Of a DNA stretch of 64,000 nt, positions 10,150-19,638 are shown one piece after another. The position numbers and the translations under genes were made by a program. Position 1 is the stretch's first letter; every line of letters starts with the position of its first letter. The DNA comes from Chthonomonadales bacterium (GTDB lineage Bacteria; Armatimonadota; Chthonomonadetes; Chthonomonadales; CAJBBX01), in contig JBMFSQ010000001.1 in assembly GCA_049967475.1 (NCBI GenBank), positions 22,600-86,599 on the forward strand, written 5' to 3'. The notes under the pieces are model-generated. The model had not been told where the DNA came from, did no database searches, and saw only the letters and a list, made by a program, of their open reading frames with translations.

Positions 10150-11376
10150 TTGCGTATCCCAAATGGGATGATCTGCGTACGTCCGCCAACCTCAGAAGAG
10201 CTGGAAGCCATGCTCGGCCTCATGTGCGAGGCCTTTCACTTACCCCACGCGCCTGCCCGCGAACTCTTCTATCGCGATCCCTATTTCAGCCTGGAGAACA
10301 AGCGCGTTCTGGTGCAGGACGGCAGGGTGGTGTCGTGCCTCACCCTGGTGGATGCGACCATGTGGATCGGGCAGGCGCGGGTGAGGGTCGCCGGGGTTGC
10401 CAACGTGTGCACTGCGGAAGCAGAGCGCCGAAAAGGGTACGCGCGGCGCCTTCTTTCGGACACGGTGGTAGACCTGCGTCGGCGGGGATCCAGCATGGCG
10501 GGATTGCTTCCCTATTCGTATGCCTTCTATCAGCGCTTGGGCTGGGAGCTCTGTTCCACGCAATATCGCTTCACCGCTCCACCCGCGGCGCTGCCTCCGT
10601 ATCAAGAAGCACGCTTTGTGCGGCCGGCCCAGCCCGAAGACGTACAACGGATCAGCAGCCTCTATGCCTGGTATTCCGAGGGGCGAACGGGTTGGTGCGT
10701 GCGCGATGCCAAGCGGTGGGAATATCTGATGAGCTACGTGAAGAACGGGGCGGTTTACTCCCACGGTGCAGCCAAGGGATATATGCTTTACGACGTCTTG
10801 CGCGCGGAAGGCCGCCCCAGTACCCTCAAGGTTCTGGAGATGGTTGCCGATGCCGAGGAAGGGTACAAGGGATTGATCGGCTTTCTGCGCGGATATGCCG
10901 GCGAGGTGGAGCGCGTGGAGTACCCTGCCCAATGGGACCAGCTCGAGCAGACGGGGTTGGCGGCTGTGGTGCCGGATGCCGACCTAGGCCATTCTGTTCG
11001 CATCGAAATAGTGCCTGGGATGATGCTGCGCGTCGTCAACCTGGCAGGAGTTCTGGAGGCGCTGGCGCCCAACTTCCGGGGTTGGCGTGGCGAGGTGGCA
11101 TTGGCATCGGGTGACCCCGTGCAAGGGGAGGAGATTGTAGCCCTCAAGGGAAGCAGCGAAGGGATCATGGTGGAGCCCTGCAGCCATCCGCCCAAAGGGA
11201 TGCCGCTCATCACTGGGTCGGCCCAAGCATGGGCGCAGGTTCTCAGCGGCTACCTCTCCCTGGATGACGCCCTTTCCCTCCACCGCATAAGTGTGGCCGC
11301 AGGGCGCATAGGGGATGCCGTACGGGGCCGATTCCCAAGGCGATATCCGTTCCTGCCTCTCCCCGATCACTTCTAG
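10150..11376 (+). CDS. Eis-like GNAT acetyltransferase
   Basis: VAGVANVCT..ERRKGYA acetyl-CoA motif, FYQRLGW, second GNAT fold and SCP2-like tail; alternative ATG at 10168. Confidence 0.85.
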   Translation: MRIPNGMICVRPPTSEELEAMLGLMCEAFHLPHAPARELFYRDPYFSLENKRVLVQDGRVVSCLTLVDATMWIGQARVRVAGVANVCTAEAERRKGYARRLLSDTVVDLRRRGSSMAGLLPYSYAFYQRLGWELCSTQYRFTAPPAALPPYQEARFVRPAQPEDVQRISSLYAWYSEGRTGWCVRDAKRWEYLMSYVKNGAVYSHGAAKGYMLYDVLRAEGRPSTLKVLEMVADAEEGYKGLIGFLRGYAGEVERVEYPAQWDQLEQTGLAAVVPDADLGHSVRIEIVPGMMLRVVNLAGVLEALAPNFRGWRGEVALASGDPVQGEEIVALKGSSEGIMVEPCSHPPKGMPLITGSAQAWAQVLSGYLSLDDALSLHRISVAAGRIGDAVRGRFPRRYPFLPLPDHF

Positions 11377-11382
11377 GCCGCT

Positions 11383-12348
11383 CTAGAGCGAGGGACGTTG
11401 TTGAAGCTCAGAGTGGAGGATGCGGTAGCTCTCGTATCGGCGCCGCTGCACGGTTCCACTTTCAGCGGCTTGCCGGATGGCGCAGTCGGGCTCGGCGATG
11501 TGCTGGCAATCCGCAAAGCGGCACTTCCCGAGGAGCGGGACCATTTCGGGGAACCCATACACCAGATCCTCGGGATCAATGTGCACAAGATCGAAGCGAC
11601 GCATCCCCGGTGTGTCCGCAACCCAGCCGCCGAAGCGCAGGGGGATCAGTTGAGCCATGGTGGTGGTATGCCGGCCCTTGTGGGTTGCAGCCCCAATCTC
11701 CCCTGTGCGGAGCTTGAGACCCGGCTGGATCGCATTGAGCAGGCTGGATTTGCCCACGCCGGATGGGCCCACAAAAGCTGTGATGCGGTTCTGCAGGATC
11801 CTGCGGACTTCATCCACTCCATCGCCACGGACGGCGCTTGCGGGGATAACGGCGTACCCTATGGACGTGAAGGGCTCGAATTGGGCGCGGAATTCTTCTT
11901 CGGGCACAAGGTCCACTTTGTTTGCGATAATAAAAGGCGCAAGCCCTTCCAGTTCCGCAGCCACCAGAAACCGGTCCAGCTTCCAGGGATCCGGGCGGGG
12001 CTCCGCACAGGCGAATACGATCATCACCTGGTCTATGTTGCTCACGACGGTGTGCTGCATACCGCGGAAGCCTGCGCGCACGAACATGGAGTGTCGCGGG
12101 AGGACCTCTTCGATGATGCCTTGGCCGTGACGCGTCTCCGCGAAGCGCACTCGGTCTCCAACGGCGATGGGATCCGTTGTGCGGAGGCGCCGCACGCGGG
12201 ACACGCGTTTGGATCCGCTGGGTGATGCAGTGAACTCGAGGACTTTCTTCAGATTGCCGCGCAGGAGGCAATGAACGGTACGTTCGCCGTCATCTACCGT
12301 GTACACGCCGGATACGGCGCGAACCACCACGCCTTCTTTGAGTGTCAC
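11383..12348 (-). CDS. rsgA: Ribosome small subunit-dependent GTPase A
   Basis: Circularly permuted GTPase: NKVD, GPSGVGKSS, GRHTT, DTPG; Zn motif CRFADCQH..EPDC. Confidence 0.96.
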   Translation of the reverse strand: MTLKEGVVVRAVSGVYTVDDGERTVHCLLRGNLKKVLEFTASPSGSKRVSRVRRLRTTDPIAVGDRVRFAETRHGQGIIEEVLPRHSMFVRAGFRGMQHTVVSNIDQVMIVFACAEPRPDPWKLDRFLVAAELEGLAPFIIANKVDLVPEEEFRAQFEPFTSIGYAVIPASAVRGDGVDEVRRILQNRITAFVGPSGVGKSSLLNAIQPGLKLRTGEIGAATHKGRHTTTMAQLIPLRFGGWVADTPGMRRFDLVHIDPEDLVYGFPEMVPLLGKCRFADCQHIAEPDCAIRQAAESGTVQRRRYESYRILHSELQQRPSL

Positions 12349-12393
12349 AGCGCTCTTGTAAACCTCCTATGCGGCCCAATCACAGCTCGGCTG

Positions 12394-12422
12394 AGTTTAT
12401 CAGGCGTAGAGCAGCCTGTCAA
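12394..12422 (-). promoter_or_regulatory. sigma70 promoter for rsgA
   Basis: Minus strand TTGACA-N17-TAAACT. Confidence 0.6.
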
Positions 12423-12535
12423 TAAGCTGGGGCGGAGGGTGCATAATCAATGGCGATAGAAACCTTTGCGCCGAAAGACGCATTATCCATCAAGAGGGAT
12501 GCAGCGCTTTGCGTGAAGGCCCTTAGGGCGGTGCC

Positions 12536-14065
12536 ATGGAGGTAGTGACGAGTTCCATTATGCAGGAGTTGGACCGCCGCGCGATCCACGAGATCGGCGT
12601 ACCCGGCGCGGTGCTCATGGAGAACGCGGGTCGGGCAGTGTTCGAAGTTCTGCGCAATCGCTGGGGACCGTTGCGCGGCCGCTCCGTTGCGGTGTTTTGC
12701 GGTACGGGGAACAACGGCGGTGATGGCTTCGTGACGGCCAGGTATCTCAGGCTTGCCCGAGCGAACGTGCACGTATATCTGGCAGGCGAGGCAGATCGCA
12801 TCCGCGGCGATGCCGCCATCCACTTCGCCTTGCTGAGGGCTTTGGGAGTGTCTTTAGCTTCGGAACTTCCTTCAGCCGAGATCGTTGTGGATGCGCTGTT
12901 GGGCACGGGCGCTCGGGGTGCTCCCAGGGGGATCGTGGCGGCAGCCATCGAGCACATCAACCAAACTGCGAAGCATGTGGTTGCCATAGATGTGCCCTCG
13001 GGTGTGGATGCGGATACGGGTGCAGTGCCCGGAGCAGCCGTGCGGGCAGAGGTTACCGTAACCTTCGGTTATCCCAAGCTCGGCCTCCTTCTTGCGCCGG
13101 GTACGTGGCGCGCCGGTGTGCTGGAAGTACGAGACATCGGGCTCGATTGGTCCGTGTTGAACCCATCCACACCCTACCGGTGGATAGACCGGGAATTGGC
13201 AGGCGCGCCGTTCGCCAAGCGGGAACCGGATGCCCATAAGGGCATGTTCGGGCACGTGCTCATTGTAGGCGGGTCGGCGGGAATGGGGGGAGCCCCCACT
13301 CTGGCGGCTCGGGCTGCCCTTGCGTGTGGGGCGGGCCTCGTTACCGTTGCAGCGCCGGAGAGCGCCCAACGCCTCATCGCGCCGCGGGTGGACGAAGTGA
13401 TCACCCGTCCCTTGCCTGAACGCGAAGGGTGCCTCTGTGAGGAGAGCCTTCCGGCGATTTTGGAAGCTGCCGAAGGGGCCGATGCCGTGTGTGTCGGCCC
13501 AGGGGGAACTCGGGCGCCGGGGGCCCAGGCCCTGTTTCGGCGGCTGCTGGAAGAGGTACAAACGCCGATGGTTGCCGATGCCGATGCGCTGAACGCGCTT
13601 GCAGAGGACCCCGCCTCTCTCGCCGGGAGAAGGGGGCCGCTGATCTTGACGCCGCATCCGGGCGAGTGCTCGCGGCTGTTGGGAGTGCGTACGGCGGACG
13701 TGCAGGCGGATCGCCTTGGCGCAGTGTCTGAAGCCGCCAAGCGCTTTGGGGCTGTGGTGGCGCTCAAAGGGGCGCGCACGCTCGTTGCCGATGGAGCCCT
13801 TCGCCGAGAACTCGTGCCCGTAGCAATCAATACAACCGGCAATCCCGGAATGGCTACCGGCGGGAGCGGCGACGTGCTGACGGGTATGATCGGCACACTG
13901 TTGGCGCGGGGAGTGGATGCGTTTCGGGCTGCGTGTGCCGGCGTCTATGTGCATGGCTTGGCCGGCGATCTTGCTGCGGCCTCGATCGGCGAACATTCGA
14001 TGACGGCCGGAGACATCATCCGGTTCATTCCTGTTGCCATCAATCAATTGGAGGAGACGGAATGA
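12536..14065 (+). CDS. nnr: Bifunctional NAD(P)H-hydrate epimerase/dehydratase
   Basis: LMENAG, GNNGGDG, DALLGTG, DVPSG, HKG..G, DADAL, TPHPGE, GGSGDVL. Confidence 0.95.
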   Translation: MEVVTSSIMQELDRRAIHEIGVPGAVLMENAGRAVFEVLRNRWGPLRGRSVAVFCGTGNNGGDGFVTARYLRLARANVHVYLAGEADRIRGDAAIHFALLRALGVSLASELPSAEIVVDALLGTGARGAPRGIVAAAIEHINQTAKHVVAIDVPSGVDADTGAVPGAAVRAEVTVTFGYPKLGLLLAPGTWRAGVLEVRDIGLDWSVLNPSTPYRWIDRELAGAPFAKREPDAHKGMFGHVLIVGGSAGMGGAPTLAARAALACGAGLVTVAAPESAQRLIAPRVDEVITRPLPEREGCLCEESLPAILEAAEGADAVCVGPGGTRAPGAQALFRRLLEEVQTPMVADADALNALAEDPASLAGRRGPLILTPHPGECSRLLGVRTADVQADRLGAVSEAAKRFGAVVALKGARTLVADGALRRELVPVAINTTGNPGMATGGSGDVLTGMIGTLLARGVDAFRAACAGVYVHGLAGDLAAASIGEHSMTAGDIIRFIPVAINQLEETE

Positions 14066-15486
14066 GCGTCCACAGGACACGGACACGGTGGATGCGGGCG
14101 CGGGCGGCGATGTGTGTTGCGTCGCTGGCCGTGGCACTCTGCCAAAACGCAAAGGCGCAGAAGCAACCCGCAGAGGCGACTAGAGCCCATCCTGCATCCA
14201 CGCGCACGCTGACCATTACGGTTCCCGGGGATGGACAGTACTATTTGAGAGTTCTTCCGGCGGGCGGGACGCAGGCGCCCGCCCCACTGCCCATCGGGTT
14301 CAAGGGGCCTAAGGCTACGGTTACGTACTCGCTCCCGTCTGGGGAGGCCAAGCCCCGCCTTGCCATTGACGAGGAGCAAACAGGCAACACGGCCATTGTC
14401 CCCCCTTCGGGTCACTTCACGTCTGCGGACACGCTGGAGTTGAAACGCATTGATTTTGATCATGTGCGATTTGTGCAGGTTAAGGTTACTTATGACGGGA
14501 AGCCTGTGCGTGAAGCCAGGGTCACTCTAACCGACGCCGACAAGGGTACCCACACGGCTGCCGTGGAGCCGGTGTCTCAAGGTCTGGCAACGTTCGAGGA
14601 TGTGCCTGCGGGCAAGGCGCGCATCACGGTTCAATATGGCGACGGCCTCACGCAAACCCAGGATCAGGAAATCTCGACCGATCATCCCGGTGACCGCGTG
14701 GTTATTCCCGCAGCAGTGAGCAACAAAGTGCCTACACTGGATGCAGAGGCGCAGCCGTCGGCTTCGGGGAATGTTCCGCAGGCGGGTGCGGCCGCGCCGC
14801 AGGTTCCTGCAGCGACGCAGCCCCCTGCAGCCCCCGCCGCTGTTCCGCAGCCCAAGCCGATCCCCGAACAGAGCCATGGGGGTGCTGTAGAGTTTTTAGG
14901 AGGCCTGTTGGGGCTTGCCGTCGGAGCAGCAGCGATTTATCTCCTGATCCGTTGGGCCCAGAGCGGCGGCATGGCGGCAACGCTCAAGAAGATCGGCATC
15001 GAAGTGAGCGCACCTCAGCCTCCTTCCAGCGCCGGGACGCCCTGGGCTCCCAATGCGCCGCAGCCACCCGTGGTTGCTGATCCTACGATATGCCCCTATT
15101 GCGGCCAGAAGAAGGATGCTGCGGGAAACTGCGCGTGTACGGTGGGTGCGGGCGGTCCTGGGGCGGTACCAGGGGTCACGCCGGTCCATCAGCCGCGGCT
15201 CGTGGGCATGGCCGGCACCTATTCCGGGGCAATCTTTCCCATCCACACCAATGGAAACCCGGTGACAATCGGCCGGGAACCTTCCAATCAGGTGGCGCTC
15301 ACGAACGATAATACGGTGTCCCGCCGTCATGCCTCAGTGCGTTCCGAACGGGATGGAACCGTAATTGTGGACGAGGGGTCGTCCAACGGCGTATATGTGA
15401 ATGGGGTGCGCATCTCCGGCTCTCATCCGCTACAACCCGGAGACGAAGTCCAAATCGGCAGCACGCGCTTCCGGTTCGAGGTCTAA
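14062..15486 (+). CDS. Single-pass membrane protein: extracellular beta-rich domain, cytoplasmic Zn knuckle and FHA domain
   Basis: Signal peptide, Pro/Ala linker, TM helix (GLLGLAVGAAAIYLLIRW), CPYCG..KD..GNCAC, FHA motifs IGR, VSRRHA, SSNG; ATGA overlap with nnr. Confidence 0.85.
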   Translation: MSVHRTRTRWMRARAAMCVASLAVALCQNAKAQKQPAEATRAHPASTRTLTITVPGDGQYYLRVLPAGGTQAPAPLPIGFKGPKATVTYSLPSGEAKPRLAIDEEQTGNTAIVPPSGHFTSADTLELKRIDFDHVRFVQVKVTYDGKPVREARVTLTDADKGTHTAAVEPVSQGLATFEDVPAGKARITVQYGDGLTQTQDQEISTDHPGDRVVIPAAVSNKVPTLDAEAQPSASGNVPQAGAAAPQVPAATQPPAAPAAVPQPKPIPEQSHGGAVEFLGGLLGLAVGAAAIYLLIRWAQSGGMAATLKKIGIEVSAPQPPSSAGTPWAPNAPQPPVVADPTICPYCGQKKDAAGNCACTVGAGGPGAVPGVTPVHQPRLVGMAGTYSGAIFPIHTNGNPVTIGREPSNQVALTNDNTVSRRHASVRSERDGTVIVDEGSSNGVYVNGVRISGSHPLQPGDEVQIGSTRFRFEV

Positions 15487-15507
15487 CCAGGCAAAGGGGG
15501 AGTAGCA

Positions 15508-17133
15508 TTGCGTTCCCGAATATTGCTGGGTGCGCTCTTCGGCTCGATGGGAGGCTTCGTGGGCTTCGCCTTTCAGGAGGTTCTTACGAAGCACGACCTC
15601 GACCTTATAGCGATGAGCCCGGCCGACCAAATGCGCAACCTGATGCTGCAAGGGTTGCTGGTAGGGGCAGCCCTTGGCCTCGCGATCGGATTGGTGGAAA
15701 GCGTAGCGACGGGCGCCAACGATCGAATGGCACAGGGGGCCTTATTCGGGGCGCTCATCGGGGCCGTCGGCGGCGTGGTTGGGATTTACCTGGGGAGCAT
15801 CGTGTTTACGCTGGCGCTCTTCGGCAAGCCCCAAGAGTATCTCATGCAGTCGCATGGGCTCCTTGGCTTTTTGCAGTTGGTGATTGCGCGCGCCCTCGGT
15901 TGGACTTTTCTGGGTGCCTTGCCGGGCCTTGCCGTGGGAGCCTCCACGCGTTCAGGGAAGCGGGCTGTCCATGGGCTCATCGGCGGGTTAATCGGCGGGT
16001 TCCTGGGAGGGGTTCTCTTCGACCTAATAGGGAATGTCGCCGCCCCGCTTCTGGCACCGGCGGCCGCTGCGGCTGGCAAGCAGATCTATAGCGCCGGAGG
16101 TCCCAGCCGTGCCGTGGGCTTTACGGTGATCGGACTGTTGACCGGGTTGTTCATAGGGCTTGTGGAGGAATACTTCAAGCAGGCGTGGGTACGAGTATTG
16201 GCCGGGCGCAATGAAGGGCGAGATTTCATCATCTCAAAACCCCTCACGATCATGGGCCGGGATGAACGCGCAGACATCCCGCTTTTCGGAGACCGGAACC
16301 TGGCACCGCAACACGCAGCCATACGGTTCGAGAACGGGCGCCACATACTTCTGGACGGCGGCACGTCCATCGGGACCCTGGTGAACGGCCAGCGAGTAGA
16401 TCAACCACGCTTGCTGCGCGATGGAGATATGATCCAGCTTGGATCCGTGCGCATCCTCTTCCGAGAGAAGGCCACTGCAAGCAGGCTGGTTCATTCCCAG
16501 GTAGACCTTCCGGCATCGCCGTCGGCGCCCGGGGCAGTGGCGATGCCTTCGCACCTATGCCCTTATTGCGGCACGCCGAAGGACGCCCAGGGGAACTGCC
16601 TTTGCACGGTGTCGGTTGCAGGGGCCGCCGGTCCGAGCTATGCACCCCCCGCTGCGGCCACTCCGGCGTTGGGCACTCCGCCGGCACAGCCATTTGCGGG
16701 AGGAACTGTGCCCCCTGTACCCCCATCCGCCGCGGGTTCCGGGCTGCCGGGAGCTCCCGGCATCGGCATTCCACCGATCGGGAGCGGGTCGAATGCGCCG
16801 GGTGAGGGGTTGGTGTCGCCGAGTTTGGCGACGGGATCTGTGCCCATGGGTGCGCGCTTCGTTGGGTTGGAGGGGCCTTATGCGGGGCAGGCATTCGCAC
16901 TTCTTCCGGCGAATACTACCATTGGACGGGATGCCGCTGCGGATATCCCCCTAACGGCGGACCCCACGGTGTCGCGGAAGCACGCCCATGTGACGGTAGA
17001 GGGATCCGCTCACGTGATCTATGACGATGGCTCATCCAACGGCACCTACGTAAATGGGGTGCGCATCACCACAATGGCGCTGGCGCCTGGGAGCATCGTG
17101 CAGGTTGGCCAGAGCAAGTTCCGGTACGAGTGA
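15508..17133 (+). CDS. Polytopic membrane protein with two FHA domains and a Zn knuckle
   Basis: Several Gly-rich TM helices; FHA1 (MGR, APQH, TSIG; degenerate); CPYCG..KD..GNCLC; FHA2 (IGR, VSRKHA, SSNG). Confidence 0.85.
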   Translation: MRSRILLGALFGSMGGFVGFAFQEVLTKHDLDLIAMSPADQMRNLMLQGLLVGAALGLAIGLVESVATGANDRMAQGALFGALIGAVGGVVGIYLGSIVFTLALFGKPQEYLMQSHGLLGFLQLVIARALGWTFLGALPGLAVGASTRSGKRAVHGLIGGLIGGFLGGVLFDLIGNVAAPLLAPAAAAAGKQIYSAGGPSRAVGFTVIGLLTGLFIGLVEEYFKQAWVRVLAGRNEGRDFIISKPLTIMGRDERADIPLFGDRNLAPQHAAIRFENGRHILLDGGTSIGTLVNGQRVDQPRLLRDGDMIQLGSVRILFREKATASRLVHSQVDLPASPSAPGAVAMPSHLCPYCGTPKDAQGNCLCTVSVAGAAGPSYAPPAAATPALGTPPAQPFAGGTVPPVPPSAAGSGLPGAPGIGIPPIGSGSNAPGEGLVSPSLATGSVPMGARFVGLEGPYAGQAFALLPANTTIGRDAAADIPLTADPTVSRKHAHVTVEGSAHVIYDDGSSNGTYVNGVRITTMALAPGSIVQVGQSKFRYE

Positions 17134-17195
17134 CCGCGCCCTCGTGACCTTTCTTGGAGCAGGCGCTACGGATTGCAGCAACGGGAGGGGGCCGA

Positions 17196-18545
17196 ATGGA
17201 GGATCGCACACAACAAATGGGCAACCCCATGGGCGGAACGCCCTTTGCGGGACCCTACGGCGAGCGAACGGTGGTTCCCGGAGGAACGGGTGACCGCACC
17301 GCTGTGGGTGTGCCTATGCGCGCATTGGAGTTGGATGCAGCGCCCGGCAGCCGGTACGGGTACGCAGGAGGTGGGCGAGAACATCTGCTTGTGATGGCCA
17401 AGTCGGCTGCGCAGGCAATCGGCCGGCGGATGCCGCTGAACCTCGCCCTCGTGATAGACCGCTCCGGTTCCATGGAAGGGGAGCCCCTGGATTACGTAAA
17501 GCGGGCCTGCGGGTACGTGGTGGACCTGCTGGAACCTACCGACGTCCTCTCCATCATCACCTTTGCCGAACAGGTTGACGTGGTTATGCCGGCGCGCCGT
17601 GTAATGAACAAGGCCCTCATCAAGGAACACATCAACCGCATCCAGGTGGGCAATACAACGAACCTGTACGACGGATTGGTCATGGCGGCGGCGCAGGTGG
17701 GCTCTGTTCCTGCTGGAGGATATCTCAACCGCATTCTGCTTCTGACGGACGGCGAGCCGACGGCCGGCATCAAAGATTTCACGTCCATCGTCAACCAGGT
17801 GGCGGAGATGAAGCAGCGAGGCATCTCGGTTACGGCCCTGGGCTTCGGCAGCGAGTATAACGAGGAGCTCATGGCCGGCATTGCGCGGCGAAGCGGAGGC
17901 AATTACTACTACATCGCGCAGCCCGCCCTCATACCCGAAGTCTTTCGCCGTGAGCTGGAAACGCTCATGACGGTTGTGGCGCGGAACCTGCGGGTGCGGC
18001 TCCGTTTCCCGCGCGGCGTTCAATGCCGGTACGTTTACGGCGTTTCGCAGCCCCATATCACGGCCCGTGCTGCGGAATATACCCTCGCCGATGTGGAGCG
18101 GGGCAGCACGGTGGTGAACCTTTCGGAGTTGGAATTCGATCGGCACATCCCCGGCACATATCGCATCGTCCGCGTGGAGTTGACGTATGACGACGTGGTA
18201 ACGGGGCGAACCGAGACACTCTTCGCCGATGTTGTGGTTGAGTTCGTTACAGACCGCGATCGGGTGGAGCAGGGCCGGAACCCCGTGGTGCAACGGGAAC
18301 TGGAGGTTCATCTGGCATCCCGTAATCTTGAGAAGACGATGATGGGTATGCGGACCCAGCAGCTTACAGCCATGGGCGCGCTGCAAGAACTGCAACGCAC
18401 GCGGACGATCCTCATGCAGTCGGGTCGGGCGGATGAGGCTCAGGAAGTGACACAAGCAATAGACGCTTTGCAACGAGGCGGCGAAGTAGAAAAGACGCTC
18501 ATCGGCACTATATACAACCTGGATCAAGGGAAAAAGCGGGAATAA
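17196..18545 (+). CDS. vWA-domain protein (YfbK/Ca-activated chloride channel-like)
   Basis: MIDAS elements DRSGS, TNLYDG and LLTDGE; GFGSEYNEELM..IA..SGG.YY; GGAGGGG RBS. Confidence 0.9.
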   Translation: MEDRTQQMGNPMGGTPFAGPYGERTVVPGGTGDRTAVGVPMRALELDAAPGSRYGYAGGGREHLLVMAKSAAQAIGRRMPLNLALVIDRSGSMEGEPLDYVKRACGYVVDLLEPTDVLSIITFAEQVDVVMPARRVMNKALIKEHINRIQVGNTTNLYDGLVMAAAQVGSVPAGGYLNRILLLTDGEPTAGIKDFTSIVNQVAEMKQRGISVTALGFGSEYNEELMAGIARRSGGNYYYIAQPALIPEVFRRELETLMTVVARNLRVRLRFPRGVQCRYVYGVSQPHITARAAEYTLADVERGSTVVNLSELEFDRHIPGTYRIVRVELTYDDVVTGRTETLFADVVVEFVTDRDRVEQGRNPVVQRELEVHLASRNLEKTMMGMRTQQLTAMGALQELQRTRTILMQSGRADEAQEVTQAIDALQRGGEVEKTLIGTIYNLDQGKKRE

Positions 18546-18567
18546 CGCCGATAGGCTGGAGGATGCC

Positions 18568-19638
18568 ATGCAGGAAGAGAGTTTGGAACCTACACGTGCG
18601 ATGCAAGCTCCAGCAGACGTGGATCGGACGCAGGTGGCCGGCGCGCCGGGGCCTGTGGGTGTGACCCAGATGGCACCTTCCGTTGTGTGCCCGGTGTGCC
18701 GCACCTCCAATCCGCCCCTCGAGATCTACTGCACGGAATGCGGCTTTCTGCTGGCCTCGACGCCTGGAATGGAAGAGCAGCTTCCCGAGGAGCCGGGAGG
18801 GCTTGAATTGGTAGAGGCCGGTGGCGGCCGCAGATTTCGTGTGCGGCCTGGGGCGAATATGGTGGGCCGTGAAATGGGCGAAATCCTGCTCATGGACAGC
18901 ACCGTGTCTCGCCGGCACGCCCAGATTACTCTTTCTCAGGGTGAGGTTACCGTTACGGACCTCAACAGCACCAATGGCACGTTCGTAGACGGACGGCGCA
19001 TTCCACCCGGCGAGGCAACAGGTGTGGCTCTCGGAGCGGCGCTCCGCTTCGGGAATGTCGTTCTTACCCTCGTAGAGCCCGGTGCCGAGCCGGCTGCGGT
19101 TGCGGAGGCTGGTAAAGGCGCAATAGGCGCCGCTGAAGCCACACAGGCGATGCCCGCCCTTTCGGACACGCACCCCGCATCCGCAAAGCCGGGCATTACC
19201 ATGGCGCGCTCCCCGGAAGCGCTTCTGTCGGAAGAAGCCCTTAGCCCAGTCGCCCGCCTTCACGCTGCCGGAGGAGCCGCGGAGCCCGTAGACCTCTATC
19301 CGGGTCCTACTACCATCGGCCGGCGCACTTCCAATGATGTAGTGATAGCCGGAGACCCGTTCATTTCAGGCCGCCACGCACAGATCGAATGCGATGACAC
19401 GGGCTGCTACGTGACGGATCTGAACAGTACCAACGGAACCCTGTTGAACGGCGTGAAGCTCGATGCCGGTGTGCGGACGCGCATGGAGGATGGCGACGAG
19501 CTTACCATCGGGCAGGGTACGTACCGTCTGGAGATCATCGCTGCCCGTATGGAACATGCAGTTTCTACTGTGGAAGCCACGGGTGAGGATGCCTCGGCAC
19601 CTCGAGCCGAGGATAGCCAAGGTGAGCATGCAGAATGA
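18568..19638 (+). CDS. Zinc-ribbon plus double FHA domain protein
   Basis: CPVC...N....YCTECG; two FHA domains (VGR/SRRH/STNG and IGR/SGRH/STNG). Confidence 0.9.
   Translation: MQEESLEPTRAMQAPADVDRTQVAGAPGPVGVTQMAPSVVCPVCRTSNPPLEIYCTECGFLLASTPGMEEQLPEEPGGLELVEAGGGRRFRVRPGANMVGREMGEILLMDSTVSRRHAQITLSQGEVTVTDLNSTNGTFVDGRRIPPGEATGVALGAALRFGNVVLTLVEPGAEPAAVAEAGKGAIGAAEATQAMPALSDTHPASAKPGITMARSPEALLSEEALSPVARLHAAGGAAEPVDLYPGPTTIGRRTSNDVVIAGDPFISGRHAQIECDDTGCYVTDLNSTNGTLLNGVKLDAGVRTRMEDGDELTIGQGTYRLEIIAARMEHAVSTVEATGEDASAPRAEDSQGEHAE

Noticed and set aside
14750..16860. Pro/Ala/Gly-rich low-complexity stretches as DNA repeats or a CRISPR array
   Set aside because: They are in-frame protein linkers with no fixed-length repeat-spacer periodicity; no CRISPR array was seen anywhere in the window.
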